This document shows positions 8,280-17,679 of a stretch of 64,000 bases of DNA, one piece after another. A program made the translations under genes and the position numbers. The stretch's first letter is position 1; every line of letters starts with the position of its first letter. Location: the NCBI RefSeq assembly GCF_032116555.1, contig NZ_CP134949.1:2604001-2668000 (forward strand), written 5' to 3'. Origin of the DNA: Halorarum halobium (lineage in GTDB: Archaea > Halobacteriota > Halobacteria > Halobacteriales > Haloferacaceae). The notes below the pieces were generated by a model. The model was not told the origin of the DNA. It saw only the letters and a list, made by a program, of their open reading frames with translations, and searched no databases.

Positions 8280-9764
8280 ATGGGCGGTCATCGGTTCGAC
8301 GTCGCCGTCGTCGGCGGCGGCGTCGCCGGGATGGCGACGGCGGCACGACTACAGTCCGCGGGACGCTCCACCGTCGTCCTGGAACGACACGATCGGGTCG
8401 GCGGGTGTGCCGGCTACTATCGGCGGGACGGGTTTTCCTTCGACGTGGGCGCGACGACGCTCGTGGACTTCAGTCCCGGCGGCGTCGGCGGCCAGCTGCT
8501 CTCGGAGATCGGATTCGAGCCGCCGGAGATCGACGTCCAGGACGCCTACGAACTTCGGTTGCCCGACCGGACGGTCACCCTCTATCACGACCAGGAGCAG
8601 TGGGAACGCGAGCGGCGGCGGGCGTTCGGCGACGACGAGTCCCACCGCCGGTTCTTCCGCTTTCTCGACCGGACGGCCGAGACGCTCTGGGGGCTCACCA
8701 GGCGGGACGTGAAACTGCCGATCCAGGGGGTGGGTGACCTCCTTCGCAACGCCCGGGCGGTCGGGCCGTCGAACGTCGGGCTGGTCAGGTATCTCCGGTG
8801 GACGATGAAGGACGCGCTCGTCAGATACGGCGTGTACGACGACCGCCCGCTTCGAACAGCGATGGCGATGCTCGTCGAGGACACCGTCCACGCCGGCCTC
8901 GAGGAAGCTCCCCTGCTCAACTCGATCCTCGGGGTCACGATCCGGAGCGCGGGCCTCGGGCGGGCGACCGGCGGGATGGACGGCTTCTGGACGGCGTTTA
9001 CGGACCACTACGCCGACATGGGCGGGACCCTGAACGTCGGGGAGGCGGTCACCGAGGTGACCGGCAGTCGCGGGTCGTTCCGCGTCGAAACCGACGACGG
9101 TCGGCACCGGGCGGACCAGGTGGTGAGCGCGGTTCCCACCGAGCTCACCCGGCGGATCGCTCCCTCGGTCGTGGGGGAGCGGCTGGACGAGTACGTCTCG
9201 ACGATGCGCGAGCAGGAAGGCGGCGCGATCGTCGTGTTCCTCGGCGTTCCCGAGGCGGCGGTCGCCGGTCGCGAGCACACGCACCACCAGATCCTGCCGG
9301 AGTACGACGAACCGCTGGGGAACGGCAACAACATGTTCGTCTCCGTGTCGGCGCCGGGGGATACGGTGAGCGCCCCGGAGGGGTACCGGGCGGTGATGCT
9401 CACGACCCACTGTGACGTCGAGCCGTGGCAAGGGCTCGACGAGGCGACCTACGAGCGACGGCGGGCGGCGATCGGGCGGCGACTGGTCCGCGGCGCGCGA
9501 ACCGTCTACCCCGACCTCGGGACCGACCCGGCGGTGTACGAGGTCGGCACGCCGGTCACCTACGAGGCGTTCACGAACCGGCCACGGGGCGCTGTCGGGG
9601 GGTATCGCCAGACGCTCGAGACGGCGAACCAGCGCGCCGTGCCACAGGACGTCGGCGTCGACGGGTTCTATCTTGCGGGGGACACGACCTGGCCGGGGCT
9701 CGGGACGGTCGCGTGCATCAAGGGGAGCGGGATCGCGGCCGACCACGTGCTCGGCCGGCGGTGA
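8280..9764 (+). CDS. Phytoene desaturase-family FAD oxidoreductase (CrtD/CrtH-like)
   Basis: VVGGGVAG Rossmann motif, GGCAGYYRRDGFSFDVGAT, GTPVTYEAFTNRPRGAVGG and LAGDTTWPGLG. Confidence 0.8.
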   Translation: MGGHRFDVAVVGGGVAGMATAARLQSAGRSTVVLERHDRVGGCAGYYRRDGFSFDVGATTLVDFSPGGVGGQLLSEIGFEPPEIDVQDAYELRLPDRTVTLYHDQEQWERERRRAFGDDESHRRFFRFLDRTAETLWGLTRRDVKLPIQGVGDLLRNARAVGPSNVGLVRYLRWTMKDALVRYGVYDDRPLRTAMAMLVEDTVHAGLEEAPLLNSILGVTIRSAGLGRATGGMDGFWTAFTDHYADMGGTLNVGEAVTEVTGSRGSFRVETDDGRHRADQVVSAVPTELTRRIAPSVVGERLDEYVSTMREQEGGAIVVFLGVPEAAVAGREHTHHQILPEYDEPLGNGNNMFVSVSAPGDTVSAPEGYRAVMLTTHCDVEPWQGLDEATYERRRAAIGRRLVRGARTVYPDLGTDPAVYEVGTPVTYEAFTNRPRGAVGGYRQTLETANQRAVPQDVGVDGFYLAGDTTWPGLGTVACIKGSGIAADHVLGRR

Positions 9765-10051
9765 CCAGGACGCGGCACCAAAGGGGTGGAAGACTCGACC
9801 AGCGACGCCCGTGGGCTGGGTGAAGACGGCCCCGGCACACCAGTTCGTCCGAGCGATCGAACGGCTGGATCGGTAACCGGCGGCTGGCAACTGGCCGTGT
9901 CGCCCGCGCCCGTCCCTCCCCGGAGTACCCGTCACTGCCGGCCCACCGAAAACCGCACGAGGGAGCAGATTAACTCCGCGCCGTGCTGCGGTTTTCGACC
10001 GTGTCATACCGCCCCAATACCTATATACTGCCATGTCATAGCGTACCACGT

Positions 10052-10240
10052 ATGGCGTCGGCACCGAGCCCCGACGACGACCTGTTCGATCAGTTCCTGA
10101 GTGCCCGCGGTCACGACTCCGAGCCGACACGATGGGAGGAGTCGTACAACAAGAAACAGTGTCCGGACTGTGGCGGACTCCACGAGGACGACGCGCGGAC
10201 GTGCTCGGTGTGCGGCTGGCGACCCGAGACGCGCCGGTAG
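10052..10240 (+). CDS. Small CPxCG zinc-finger protein (HVO_0416-like)
   Basis: 62 aa with CPDCG…CSVCG. TATA-like CTATATA at 10021-10027 lies about 25-30 nt upstream, consistent with a leaderless transcript. Confidence 0.8.
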   Translation: MASAPSPDDDLFDQFLSARGHDSEPTRWEESYNKKQCPDCGGLHEDDARTCSVCGWRPETRR

Positions 10241-10340
10241 CGGAGCCGCCCCCCGCACGGGCGAATCGCCCGTTTTCCAGCCGATATCCCGGCCAGCGGA
10301 AGCCACGTCGCTTATGGGGGGCCGGGGCCAGTAAGCGGAC

Positions 10341-12197
10341 ATGAGCGACCCCACGGTGACCCGACTGTTCGGCGGTCCGGGCAGCGGGAAGACGACGGCG
10401 CTGCTCGACCGCGTCGAGACCCTCATCGAGGACGAGGGCGCGGAGATCCGGGACATCCTCGTGGTCTCCTACACTCGGGCTGCCGCCGCGGAGATCCGCG
10501 AGCGACTCGCGGAACGACTCGACACGACGCCCCGACACCTCCAGGGCAACGTGAGCACGATGCACGCGAAGGCGTACGAACTGCTGAACCTCTCGCGGGG
10601 CGACGTCGTCTCCGACTCGGACAAGGAGGAGTTCTGCGAGGAGTACGGCGTCGAGTTCGAGGACGAGTACTCGGGCGGCGGCCGGCGGACCGCCCGCTCG
10701 ACGACGCTCGGCAACAAGGTCATCGCCACCTCCCAGTGGCTCCAGCGCACCCACCGCGACGTCGCCGACTGGTACGACGTGCCGTTCCAGTGGGACGTCG
10801 AGGAGGTCCGGCTCCCGCCCGAAATCGACCCGAACGCACAGGAGGGGAACAAGTACACCCCGACGTGGCCCGGCGACGACGACCGGCTGGACGTGCCGAA
10901 CACGATCCGGGCGTGGCGGACCTACAAGGGCGAACACGACCTCACCGGGTTCGCCGACATGCTCGAACGGGTGAAGCAGCGCTCGCTCCTGCCGAACGTC
11001 GACTACCTCGTCATCGACGAGTTCCAGGACATCACGACGCTCCAGTACGAGGTGTACGAGGAGTGGCGGCCACACATGGAGACGGTGCTCATCGCGGGCG
11101 ACGACGACCAGGTCGTCTACGCCTGGCAGGGCGCCGACCCCGACCTGCTGCTCGACACGCACGTCGACCGGGACGAGGTGTTGCCCAACTCCTACCGACT
11201 CCCCTCGGACATCCTGACGGTCGTCAACCGCGAGATCCGCCACATCGAGAAGCGCCAGGAGAAGGACCTCAAACCCCGCAAGGAGGGCGGAACCGTCGAG
11301 GCCATCGAGTCGCCCTCGATGCTCGATCTGGTGCGGAACGTCCGCCACACCGTCCAGCGCACCGACGAGACGATCATGGTGCTGTTCCGGGCGCGCTACC
11401 AGATGTTCCAGTTCATCGACGAGTTCATGGCCGAGGGCATCCCCTTCTCGTGTCTCACCGACCAGCGGATGTGGACCGATCGGCTCACCGACTACGTCCG
11501 CGGCGTCGAGGCGATCGAGAACGACGAGGCGCTCACGGTGCTGCAGGCTCGCCGGCTCGCCGACATCCTCCAGGACTCGGCGTTCGGCTCGAACGAGCGC
11601 GACGAACTGTACGACTTCCTCGACGACGTGGAGGAGACCACCGACGAGGACGACCTCGCGGAGATCCCGCTCTCGCCCGACGACGTCACCGACTTCGTCC
11701 CGTTCATGCCCGACGGCGCGAGCGCGGCCGACATGGCCCGGAAGGTGACCTCCTTTCAGCGCAAGTCCGTGAAGGCGTACTTCCGGGGCGACTACGGGAA
11801 GATGGATCCGAGCCGGGTCCGCCTCGGCACCATCCACTCCGCGAAGGGCCGCGAGGCCGACCACGTGTTCGTCAACACCGACCTGACCGAGAAGGTCGTC
11901 GAGCAGATGGCCGCCCAAGTCCGCCAGGAGGAGATCGAGATCGAGGGCCTCCCGGCCGGCGAGGAGTTCACGAAGACGACGAACCCGGTGCCGATCCTCA
12001 CCGACAACGAGCGCCGCGTGTTCTACGTCGGCATGTCCCGTGCCCGGGAACGGCTGGTCCTCATGGAGAACCTCGTGAACGGCGCGCCGACGCTCCCCAT
12101 CAGCGTCGTGCTCTCGAACGAACTCAAGGACGACCCGCCCGAGGAGCTCGTCGAGGAGGTCATCGCCGAACTCGACGCCCCCGAACCCGAAGCCTGA
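10341..12197 (+). CDS. uvrD: UvrD/Rep-family SF1 DNA helicase
   Basis: GGPGSGKT, SYTRAAA, IDEFQD, GDDDQVVYAWQGA, TIHSAKGRE and RVFYVGMSRARE motifs. Confidence 0.9.
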   Translation: MSDPTVTRLFGGPGSGKTTALLDRVETLIEDEGAEIRDILVVSYTRAAAAEIRERLAERLDTTPRHLQGNVSTMHAKAYELLNLSRGDVVSDSDKEEFCEEYGVEFEDEYSGGGRRTARSTTLGNKVIATSQWLQRTHRDVADWYDVPFQWDVEEVRLPPEIDPNAQEGNKYTPTWPGDDDRLDVPNTIRAWRTYKGEHDLTGFADMLERVKQRSLLPNVDYLVIDEFQDITTLQYEVYEEWRPHMETVLIAGDDDQVVYAWQGADPDLLLDTHVDRDEVLPNSYRLPSDILTVVNREIRHIEKRQEKDLKPRKEGGTVEAIESPSMLDLVRNVRHTVQRTDETIMVLFRARYQMFQFIDEFMAEGIPFSCLTDQRMWTDRLTDYVRGVEAIENDEALTVLQARRLADILQDSAFGSNERDELYDFLDDVEETTDEDDLAEIPLSPDDVTDFVPFMPDGASAADMARKVTSFQRKSVKAYFRGDYGKMDPSRVRLGTIHSAKGREADHVFVNTDLTEKVVEQMAAQVRQEEIEIEGLPAGEEFTKTTNPVPILTDNERRVFYVGMSRARERLVLMENLVNGAPTLPISVVLSNELKDDPPEELVEEVIAELDAPEPEA

Positions 12198-12200
12198 GCC

Positions 12201-13433
12201 GTGCCCGACCGAGACGACCCGGCGGCGTCCGCGGGAACGACCCCGGACGCGCCAGCCCGGACCGCGACCGAGCCGGACGCCGTGGACCCCGACCCGCTCG
12301 GGACGGACTACGAGTTCCTCGCCGCGGAACTCCGCCGGCGCAACGCCGCCGCGTTCGTCCACGTCGGCGACCGCTTCGACGACGACCTGCGCTACCTGAC
12401 GCGCTTTTCCGGTCCGGACCGCGGGTACGCGTTCGTCTTTCGGCGGGGCACCGCGACGCTCTGTCCGCCCGCGCTGTTCGACGAGCAGGCCGGGCGCGAG
12501 TTCCCGGGCGACGCGGTCGAGACCGACCGGCAGGGCGACCCGGCGGGGCTCCGTGCCGCCGGGGTGCTCGACGACGCCGGCGTCGACGCCGGCGAGACCG
12601 TCCTCGTTCCACGGCACGTCCCGCACGACGCCGCCGTCTACCTCGAACAGGCGGGGTACGACATCGAATCGACCGACGCCGTGGCCCGGGACAGGCGGGT
12701 GAAGACCGACCCGGAACTCGACCGACTCCGTCGCGTTCAGGGGACCGCCGCCGGCGGGATGGCCCGAGCGGAGCGAGTGCTGTATGAGGCTGCGGTCGAC
12801 GGGGACGAGGTCGTCTGGAGCGGCGCGCCGCTCACGACCGAACGGCTCCGCCGGGAGGTGAACCGGGTGCTCGCCGCTCACGGCGTCCGCGACGCGGGCA
12901 ACACCGTGGTCGGCTGCGGGCCGACCGCCGCGGACCTCCACTTCACCGGCCACGACGCGATCCGGCCGGGCGAGACGGTGCTGCTCGACGTCTCGCCGCG
13001 CGGCCCGGACGGCTACTACGGCGACCTCACGAGGACGTTCGCGGTCGACCCGGACGGCGGCTGGGAGCGCCGCGCGTACGTCGCGGTCGAGGCGGCGCGA
13101 AACGCCGCGCTCACCGAACTGGAGCACGGCGTGTCCGCCGCGACGGTCCACGAGGAAGCCGCCGCCGAACTGGCGGCCTACGGCTTCCGCGTCGACGACG
13201 CGGAGGTGGGCTTTACCCACTCGACGGGCCACGGCGTCGGCCTCTCGCTGCACGAAGGGCCGTCGCTCCCGGGCGACGAGGAGCTCGAAACGGGGACCGT
13301 CGTGACCATCGAGCCGGGCGTCTACGACCCCGAGCGGGGCGGCGTCAGGCTGGAGGACCTCGCCGTGGTCACCGACCGGGGCTACCGGCTGCTCGGGGAG
13401 TACCCGTTCGGACTGGTCCCGCGGGAACGGTAG
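12201..13433 (+). CDS. M24 metallopeptidase (Xaa-Pro aminopeptidase-like)
   Basis: GYYGDLTRT, HSTGHGVGLSLHE, TIEPGVY and GVRLED motifs. Confidence 0.92.
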   Translation: MPDRDDPAASAGTTPDAPARTATEPDAVDPDPLGTDYEFLAAELRRRNAAAFVHVGDRFDDDLRYLTRFSGPDRGYAFVFRRGTATLCPPALFDEQAGREFPGDAVETDRQGDPAGLRAAGVLDDAGVDAGETVLVPRHVPHDAAVYLEQAGYDIESTDAVARDRRVKTDPELDRLRRVQGTAAGGMARAERVLYEAAVDGDEVVWSGAPLTTERLRREVNRVLAAHGVRDAGNTVVGCGPTAADLHFTGHDAIRPGETVLLDVSPRGPDGYYGDLTRTFAVDPDGGWERRAYVAVEAARNAALTELEHGVSAATVHEEAAAELAAYGFRVDDAEVGFTHSTGHGVGLSLHEGPSLPGDEELETGTVVTIEPGVYDPERGGVRLEDLAVVTDRGYRLLGEYPFGLVPRER

Positions 13434-13495
13434 GAACGGCCCGCCGTCGCGTCAGGGCCGGCTCGCGGGGACGGGAGGCTCCGTCCACGAGAAGC

Positions 13496-13816
13496 TCAGG
13501 CCTCGTCCGCGGCGTCGTCGTCGCTCGCCGCCGCACCGTTCCCGCTCTCGTCGCGGTTCGACCCGTCCTCGCCGTCGCCTCGCCCGTTCTCGCTTCCGAG
13601 GGCGGTGTCGAGGGCTTTCTCGGCCGCCTTGCCCGGAACGTCCCCCGGGGTGGTGAGCCGCTGGGGGAGATACACCATCAGCGCGGCGACGACGAGGAAC
13701 GCCGCACCCACGACGAGGCTGCCGCCGGCCGCCTGCTGGAGCCCGTAGGCGGCGACGGGGATGGCGAAGATCAGGGTCGCCGCGAGGCCGAGCTGGTCGA
13801 GGATGCCGAGTGCCAC
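13496..13816 (-). CDS. Conserved small haloarchaeal membrane protein
   Basis: LGILDQLGLAATLIFAIPVA…PQRLTTPGDVP, with two TM helices and an acidic tail. GTG start. Confidence 0.7.
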   Translation of the reverse strand: MALGILDQLGLAATLIFAIPVAAYGLQQAAGGSLVVGAAFLVVAALMVYLPQRLTTPGDVPGKAAEKALDTALGSENGRGDGEDGSNRDESGNGAAASDDDAADEA

Positions 13817-13900
13817 GGGACGGGGTAGGACCGAGGGCGACAAAACCGGTTCGCCTCGCATCGGCGGCCGGGCACGAGTGGACCATCGGCCACCCGGGAC

Positions 13901-14539
13901 TCACCGCGCCATCGGCTCGGGGAGCTCCTCGGGGTCCTCGATCGAGAGTCCCGTGGTGACGACGAGCCGGAGGCCGCGCGCGACGCTCATGTCCAGTTCG
14001 AGAAGCTGTTCGTCGGGGAGCATCGCAAGCTTCCCGGCGGTCGGGTTCGGACTGTGCGGGAAGAACACGGCGTACAGCTCCTCGTCGGCCCGCTCGCTGA
14101 TCCGGCGCGGCGCGCGGTTCGTCACGAAGCCGACCGCGTACACGCCGTGTCGGGGGTACTCCGCGAGCACGACCCGGTCGAAGCCGTCCCCCGGCGTCCC
14201 GAGCGACTCGCTCACTTGCCGGACGCCGAAGTAGACGGTCCGGACGACCGGCAGGAGGCCGACGCCGCGCTCGAAGCCGCCGAACAGCCGCCGTCCCGCC
14301 TCGTTGGAGGCGACGAAGCCGACGAGCGTGACGGCGAGCGCGAGCGTCACCGCCGCGAGCACGTGCGCAAGCGGCTCGCTCCCGACGTACTCGGCGAGTC
14401 TGGTCGCGCGGATCGGACCGGTGAGCACGGCGGTCAGTCGGTCCACGGCGAAGTCGAGCACGAACAGCGTGATCGCGAGCGGTGCGACGAGCAGGAGCCC
14501 GGCGACGAAACTGGCCCGCAGGCGGGCGAACGGGTTCAT
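13901..14539 (-). CDS. DUF502 family membrane protein
   Basis: FVAGLLLVAPLAIT, PVVRTVY, VLAEYPR and FFPHSPNPTAG motifs. Confidence 0.88.
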   Translation of the reverse strand: MNPFARLRASFVAGLLLVAPLAITLFVLDFAVDRLTAVLTGPIRATRLAEYVGSEPLAHVLAAVTLALAVTLVGFVASNEAGRRLFGGFERGVGLLPVVRTVYFGVRQVSESLGTPGDGFDRVVLAEYPRHGVYAVGFVTNRAPRRISERADEELYAVFFPHSPNPTAGKLAMLPDEQLLELDMSVARGLRLVVTTGLSIEDPEELPEPMAR

Positions 14540-14626
14540 GCGCGCCGGTGGGGAACGGGGGAGCAAAAAGCCACCCGGCGTCACGGAGTCGGAACGCTTT
14601 CCACTTGCGGGACGGAACGAAGAGGC

Positions 14627-15328
14627 ATGTTCACCGGCATCGTCGAGACGACGGGTGCGATCCTCGGCCGGGAGGAGACCGACGACGGCGTCCGCCTCCG
14701 GATCGGCGTCGACGGGTTCGACGACCTCGAACACGGCCAGTCGATCAGCGTGAGCGGCGTCTGTCTCACCGTCGAGGCGTTCGGCGACCTGGAGGAGGGA
14801 CCCGACGGTGGGGACGCCGCGGGCGATGCGGGCGAGCCGGAGGGCGCGGACGGCGGGTCGGCCTGGTTCGAGACGTTCCTCGCGGCGGAGACGGTGGAGA
14901 AGACGTACCTGGGCGCGGTACGCGAGGGCGACCTGGTGAACCTGGAACGCGCGCTCCCGGCGGACGGGCGCTTCGACGGCCACGTCGTCCAGGGCCACGT
15001 CGACACGACGACCCGCGTGACGGGGATCGAGCAGGTCGGCGAGGACTGGCGCTTCGCGTTCGCGCTGCCACCCGAGTACGCGAGCTACGTCGTCGACAAG
15101 GGGTCGGTGACGCTGGACGGCATCTCGCTCACGGTCGCCGAGCGGCGGCCCGACGAGTTCGACGTCGCCGTCATCCCCGCCACCCACGACCTGACGAACC
15201 TCTCGGAGAAGCAGCCGGGCGACCCGGTTCACCTGGAGGTGGACGTGGTCGCGAAGTACGTCGAGAACATGCTGGAGGGGTACGCGGAGTCGACGTCGCC
15301 CGACCTGGACGACCTGACCGCGGAGTAG
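14627..15328 (+). CDS. ribC: Riboflavin synthase (bacterial-type alpha chain)
   Basis: MFTGIVE start, SISVSGVCLTV, VNLERAL, GHVVQGHVD and KGSVTLDGISLTV. Contains an acidic Gly-rich loop insertion. Confidence 0.95.
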   Translation: MFTGIVETTGAILGREETDDGVRLRIGVDGFDDLEHGQSISVSGVCLTVEAFGDLEEGPDGGDAAGDAGEPEGADGGSAWFETFLAAETVEKTYLGAVREGDLVNLERALPADGRFDGHVVQGHVDTTTRVTGIEQVGEDWRFAFALPPEYASYVVDKGSVTLDGISLTVAERRPDEFDVAVIPATHDLTNLSEKQPGDPVHLEVDVVAKYVENMLEGYAESTSPDLDDLTAE

Positions 15329-15365
15329 GTTACTTCCCTGTCGTGTGGACCGGGGGAGTGCGGTC

Positions 15366-15676
15366 GGCGCGTGCCGGCGGGCCTCCGTGCCCGCCGGATG
15401 CGCGCGAGGGATGAGTGAACGGAACGACCGGAGGGAGTGGAGTGAACGAATCGGCTGGGGAGGCGTGTGGGCGTTGCTGTGCGGAGCGGTGGGGGGACTG
15501 AAAGGGGCCGCACCTGTGGGCGACGGCGTGGACCGTCAAGCACCGTGGTTCGAAAATCGGAGATTTTCGTCATCACGAAAGGCGCAAAGCGCCTTTCGAA
15601 CGACAGGAGGGAGGCCGCAGGCCGACCGACGAGAAGCGCAGCGGCCGCACCGAGCCGACAGGTGCGGGGGCTTTCG
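15366..15676 (+). repeat. Structured intergenic repeat, copy C (full length, with an extra double-hairpin insert)
   Basis: 5' hairpin, GCGAGGGATGAG, GAGTGAACGAATCGGCTGGGGAGGCGTGTGG (identical to copy A), GGGACTGAAAGGGGC, stem CCGCACCTGT/ACAGGTGCGG and GGGGCTTTCG. Confidence 0.85.
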
Positions 15677-15826
15677 CGGTCTGCCGTACGGTTTCCACAG
15701 GACCCGTCCGGACGCGGGCCGAGTCTTCTACGGGGGCTTTCGAGGTCCTCGCAACCGAGGGATCCACTACCCTTCCGGATAGGGCTGACTGCGCTGACTG
15801 CTCACCGTCAAAATCGTGGAAGAAGA

Positions 15827-15987
15827 CGCCAGGACGGGGATTTGAACCACGCCGAGACGGTCCTGCTCGCCTCGCTTCGCTCGCCTGCGCGGGCTGCGAC
15901 TCGTCTACTTCAAATCCCTGTCGTTCGGATATTCGTGGGCCGACGGCTCGCTCACTTCGTTCGCTCGCGGTGTCGGCCCGAGAAGTA
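15827..15987 (-). repeat. tRNA-linked cassette: duplicated tRNA-Ser 3' end plus an inverted T-arm copy
   Basis: 15827-15848 matches tRNA 15988-16009 at 21/22 positions. 15909-15922 (TTCAAATCCCTGTC) is an exact inverted copy of part of the T-arm/acceptor. Confidence 0.8.
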
Positions 15988-16068
15988 CGCCAGGACAGGG
16001 ATTTGAACCCTGGATCCCAAGGGGAACACGCTTTCCAGGCGTGCGCCTTACCACTCGGCCATCCTGGC
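15988..16068 (-). tRNA. tRNA-Ser (anticodon GGA)
   Basis: GCCAGGA/TCCTGGC acceptor, anticodon arm CACGC-CTGGAAA-GCGTG, long variable arm, GGTTCAAATCC T-loop. CCA is not encoded. TTAAAA box at about 16095-16100. Confidence 0.95.
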
Positions 16069-16096
16069 TCGCGTCGAAACTACCCGCGTCGCAGTT

Positions 16097-16303
16097 TTAA
16101 GCCTGTCCCTTCCCCGTCAGGCGGTGTTCGACCAGATACGACACCCCGCCGACGACCGCGCCCAGCGCCACGGCGATGCCGAGCATGCCGAGGAACCCGA
16201 CCGGCAGCCGGACCGACGCCAGCACCGCGCCCTGCGCGAGCACGAGGAACGCGAGCGCGCCGACCGCACCCCACAGCAGCGCCGACTTCCGGCGCGGCGT
16301 CAC
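16097..16303 (-). CDS. Small membrane protein
   Basis: 68 aa with two TM helices; overlaps the ridA stop by 4 nt (GTGA coupling). Confidence 0.7.
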   Translation of the reverse strand: MTPRRKSALLWGAVGALAFLVLAQGAVLASVRLPVGFLGMLGIAVALGAVVGGVSYLVEHRLTGKGQA

Positions 16304-16680
16304 GCGAGGTCGACGACCGCCTCGATCTCCACGCCGACGCCCTTCGGGAGCGCGCCGGCCTGGACCGCCGAGCGCGCGGGCGGCTCCTCGTCGAAGTACG
16401 TCGCGTACGTCTCGTTCATCGCCTCGAAGTCGTCGATGTCCGCGAGGAACACCGTCGTCTTCAGCACGTCCGACGCCCCGGCGTCCGCCTCGGCGAGGAC
16501 GGCCATGAGGTTGTCCAGCGCCAGTTCCGTCTGCTCGGCGATGGGGGCCTCGTCCCGGAGTTCGCCGTCGGGCGTCAGGGGAATCTGGCCGGCCGTGAAC
16601 ATGACGTCGCCGTTCGTCGTCGCCTGGCTGTACGCGCCGACCGCGGCCGGCGCTTCGTCGGTGGAGATCACGCGCTTCAT
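16300..16680 (-). CDS. ridA: RidA/Rid family enamine/imine deaminase
   Basis: APAAVGAYSQA, AGQIPL, KTTVFLAD, PARSAV and LPKGVGVEIEAV motifs. Confidence 0.93.
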   Translation of the reverse strand: MKRVISTDEAPAAVGAYSQATTNGDVMFTAGQIPLTPDGELRDEAPIAEQTELALDNLMAVLAEADAGASDVLKTTVFLADIDDFEAMNETYATYFDEEPPARSAVQAGALPKGVGVEIEAVVDLA

Positions 16681-16732
16681 GGTGGAGGCTGGAACCGGAC
16701 GTACCTTAAATCGGCCCCCCTTCGATTCGACC

Positions 16733-17647
16733 ATGCGACTCCGGCGCGCGTCCGCGCTGTTCGTGCTCTCGGCTCTCGTGAGCGTCACGGCGACCGCCCT
16801 CGCGTTCGCCGCCGCCGCGGTGGTCGACCGGGTCCGAACCGGCACCGCCGGAGCCGACGACCGGCGGGTCCCGCTCTCCCCGCTGACGGCGCGCCGGCGG
16901 GTCGGCCGCGACTGGCCCGAGCGGGCGGAGATCACGACCGGCCGGGAGCCGCTCGGCGAGATGGACGACCTCGCGGCGTACGCCCGTCCGGGGTTCGACC
17001 CCGACCGCGTCGCGCCCCTCGTCCGCGCGTTCTACGAACGCACCGCCGAGTTCGACGTGGCGTACGACGTCCGCTGGCACGCGCCGTTCCGGCTCGGCGC
17101 CGCGCTCGCCTCGCCGGTCACGGCCGCGCTCGGACAGCTGAACCTCCCCGGCCGCTCCGCCGAGGGACGGCGACTTCACAGTCGCTTCGCGGAGGTCCGA
17201 CCCGACGTCGACCCACGCGAGGGCGCCCGGGCGTGGGTCCGGACCGACGACGGGGGGACGGCCGTCTTCGTCGCCGTGTACGCGAGCCACGTCCGGGACG
17301 GCGAGCGGTTCGTCAACATCGCGGTGCCGCTCCCACGCTCGAACCTCTCGACGGTCCTGCGGATCGACCACCTCGACGGGGGGACCGCCGGGGAGAACGG
17401 TTCCGAATCGGCGCGGGGAACCGGCGTCCGTCTCCACACCGAGGGCCCGGGCGACCCCGGCCTCTACCTCCGGACGCCCCTCGGTTCCGTCGAACTCCCG
17501 ATGGACCAGACGTTCACCGTCCGCGTCGCCCCCGAGGGGGAGGACGCCGACCTCCTCGCCACCCACGAGATGTGGCTGCTCGGCCGGCAGTTCCTCACCG
17601 TGTGGTATCGACTACACGCGGCCGAACATCCAGTAGAAGAGCCATAG
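16733..17647 (+). CDS. Hypothetical protein (YndJ-like) with an N-terminal hydrophobic anchor
   Basis: ATG 16733 after a TTAAA box. FDPDRVAPLVRAFYERT, GQLNLP, RAWVRT and NIAVPLP resemble YndJ-like proteins. Confidence 0.65.
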   Translation: MRLRRASALFVLSALVSVTATALAFAAAAVVDRVRTGTAGADDRRVPLSPLTARRRVGRDWPERAEITTGREPLGEMDDLAAYARPGFDPDRVAPLVRAFYERTAEFDVAYDVRWHAPFRLGAALASPVTAALGQLNLPGRSAEGRRLHSRFAEVRPDVDPREGARAWVRTDDGGTAVFVAVYASHVRDGERFVNIAVPLPRSNLSTVLRIDHLDGGTAGENGSESARGTGVRLHTEGPGDPGLYLRTPLGSVELPMDQTFTVRVAPEGEDADLLATHEMWLLGRQFLTVWYRLHAAEHPVEEP

Positions 17648-17679
17648 GCGGGTACGGCGACTCGGGCCAGCACGTCGAT

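Noticed and set aside
8349..13253. 1634-aa minus-strand ORF
   Set aside because: Antisense shadow of four well-supported plus-strand genes. It is Arg/Val/Gly-rich with no motifs, as expected from high-GC codon bias.
15494..15510. CTGA and GATGA boxes in the repeat suggesting C/D-box sRNA or a hammerhead ribozyme
   Set aside because: CTGA changes to CTGG, ATGG or CTCA in other copies, and the CUGAUGA…GAAA core is not present.
15827..15848. attR of a provirus or genomic island
   Set aside because: Only 139 bp separate the two copies and there is no integrase in the window; kept instead as a mini-cassette finding.
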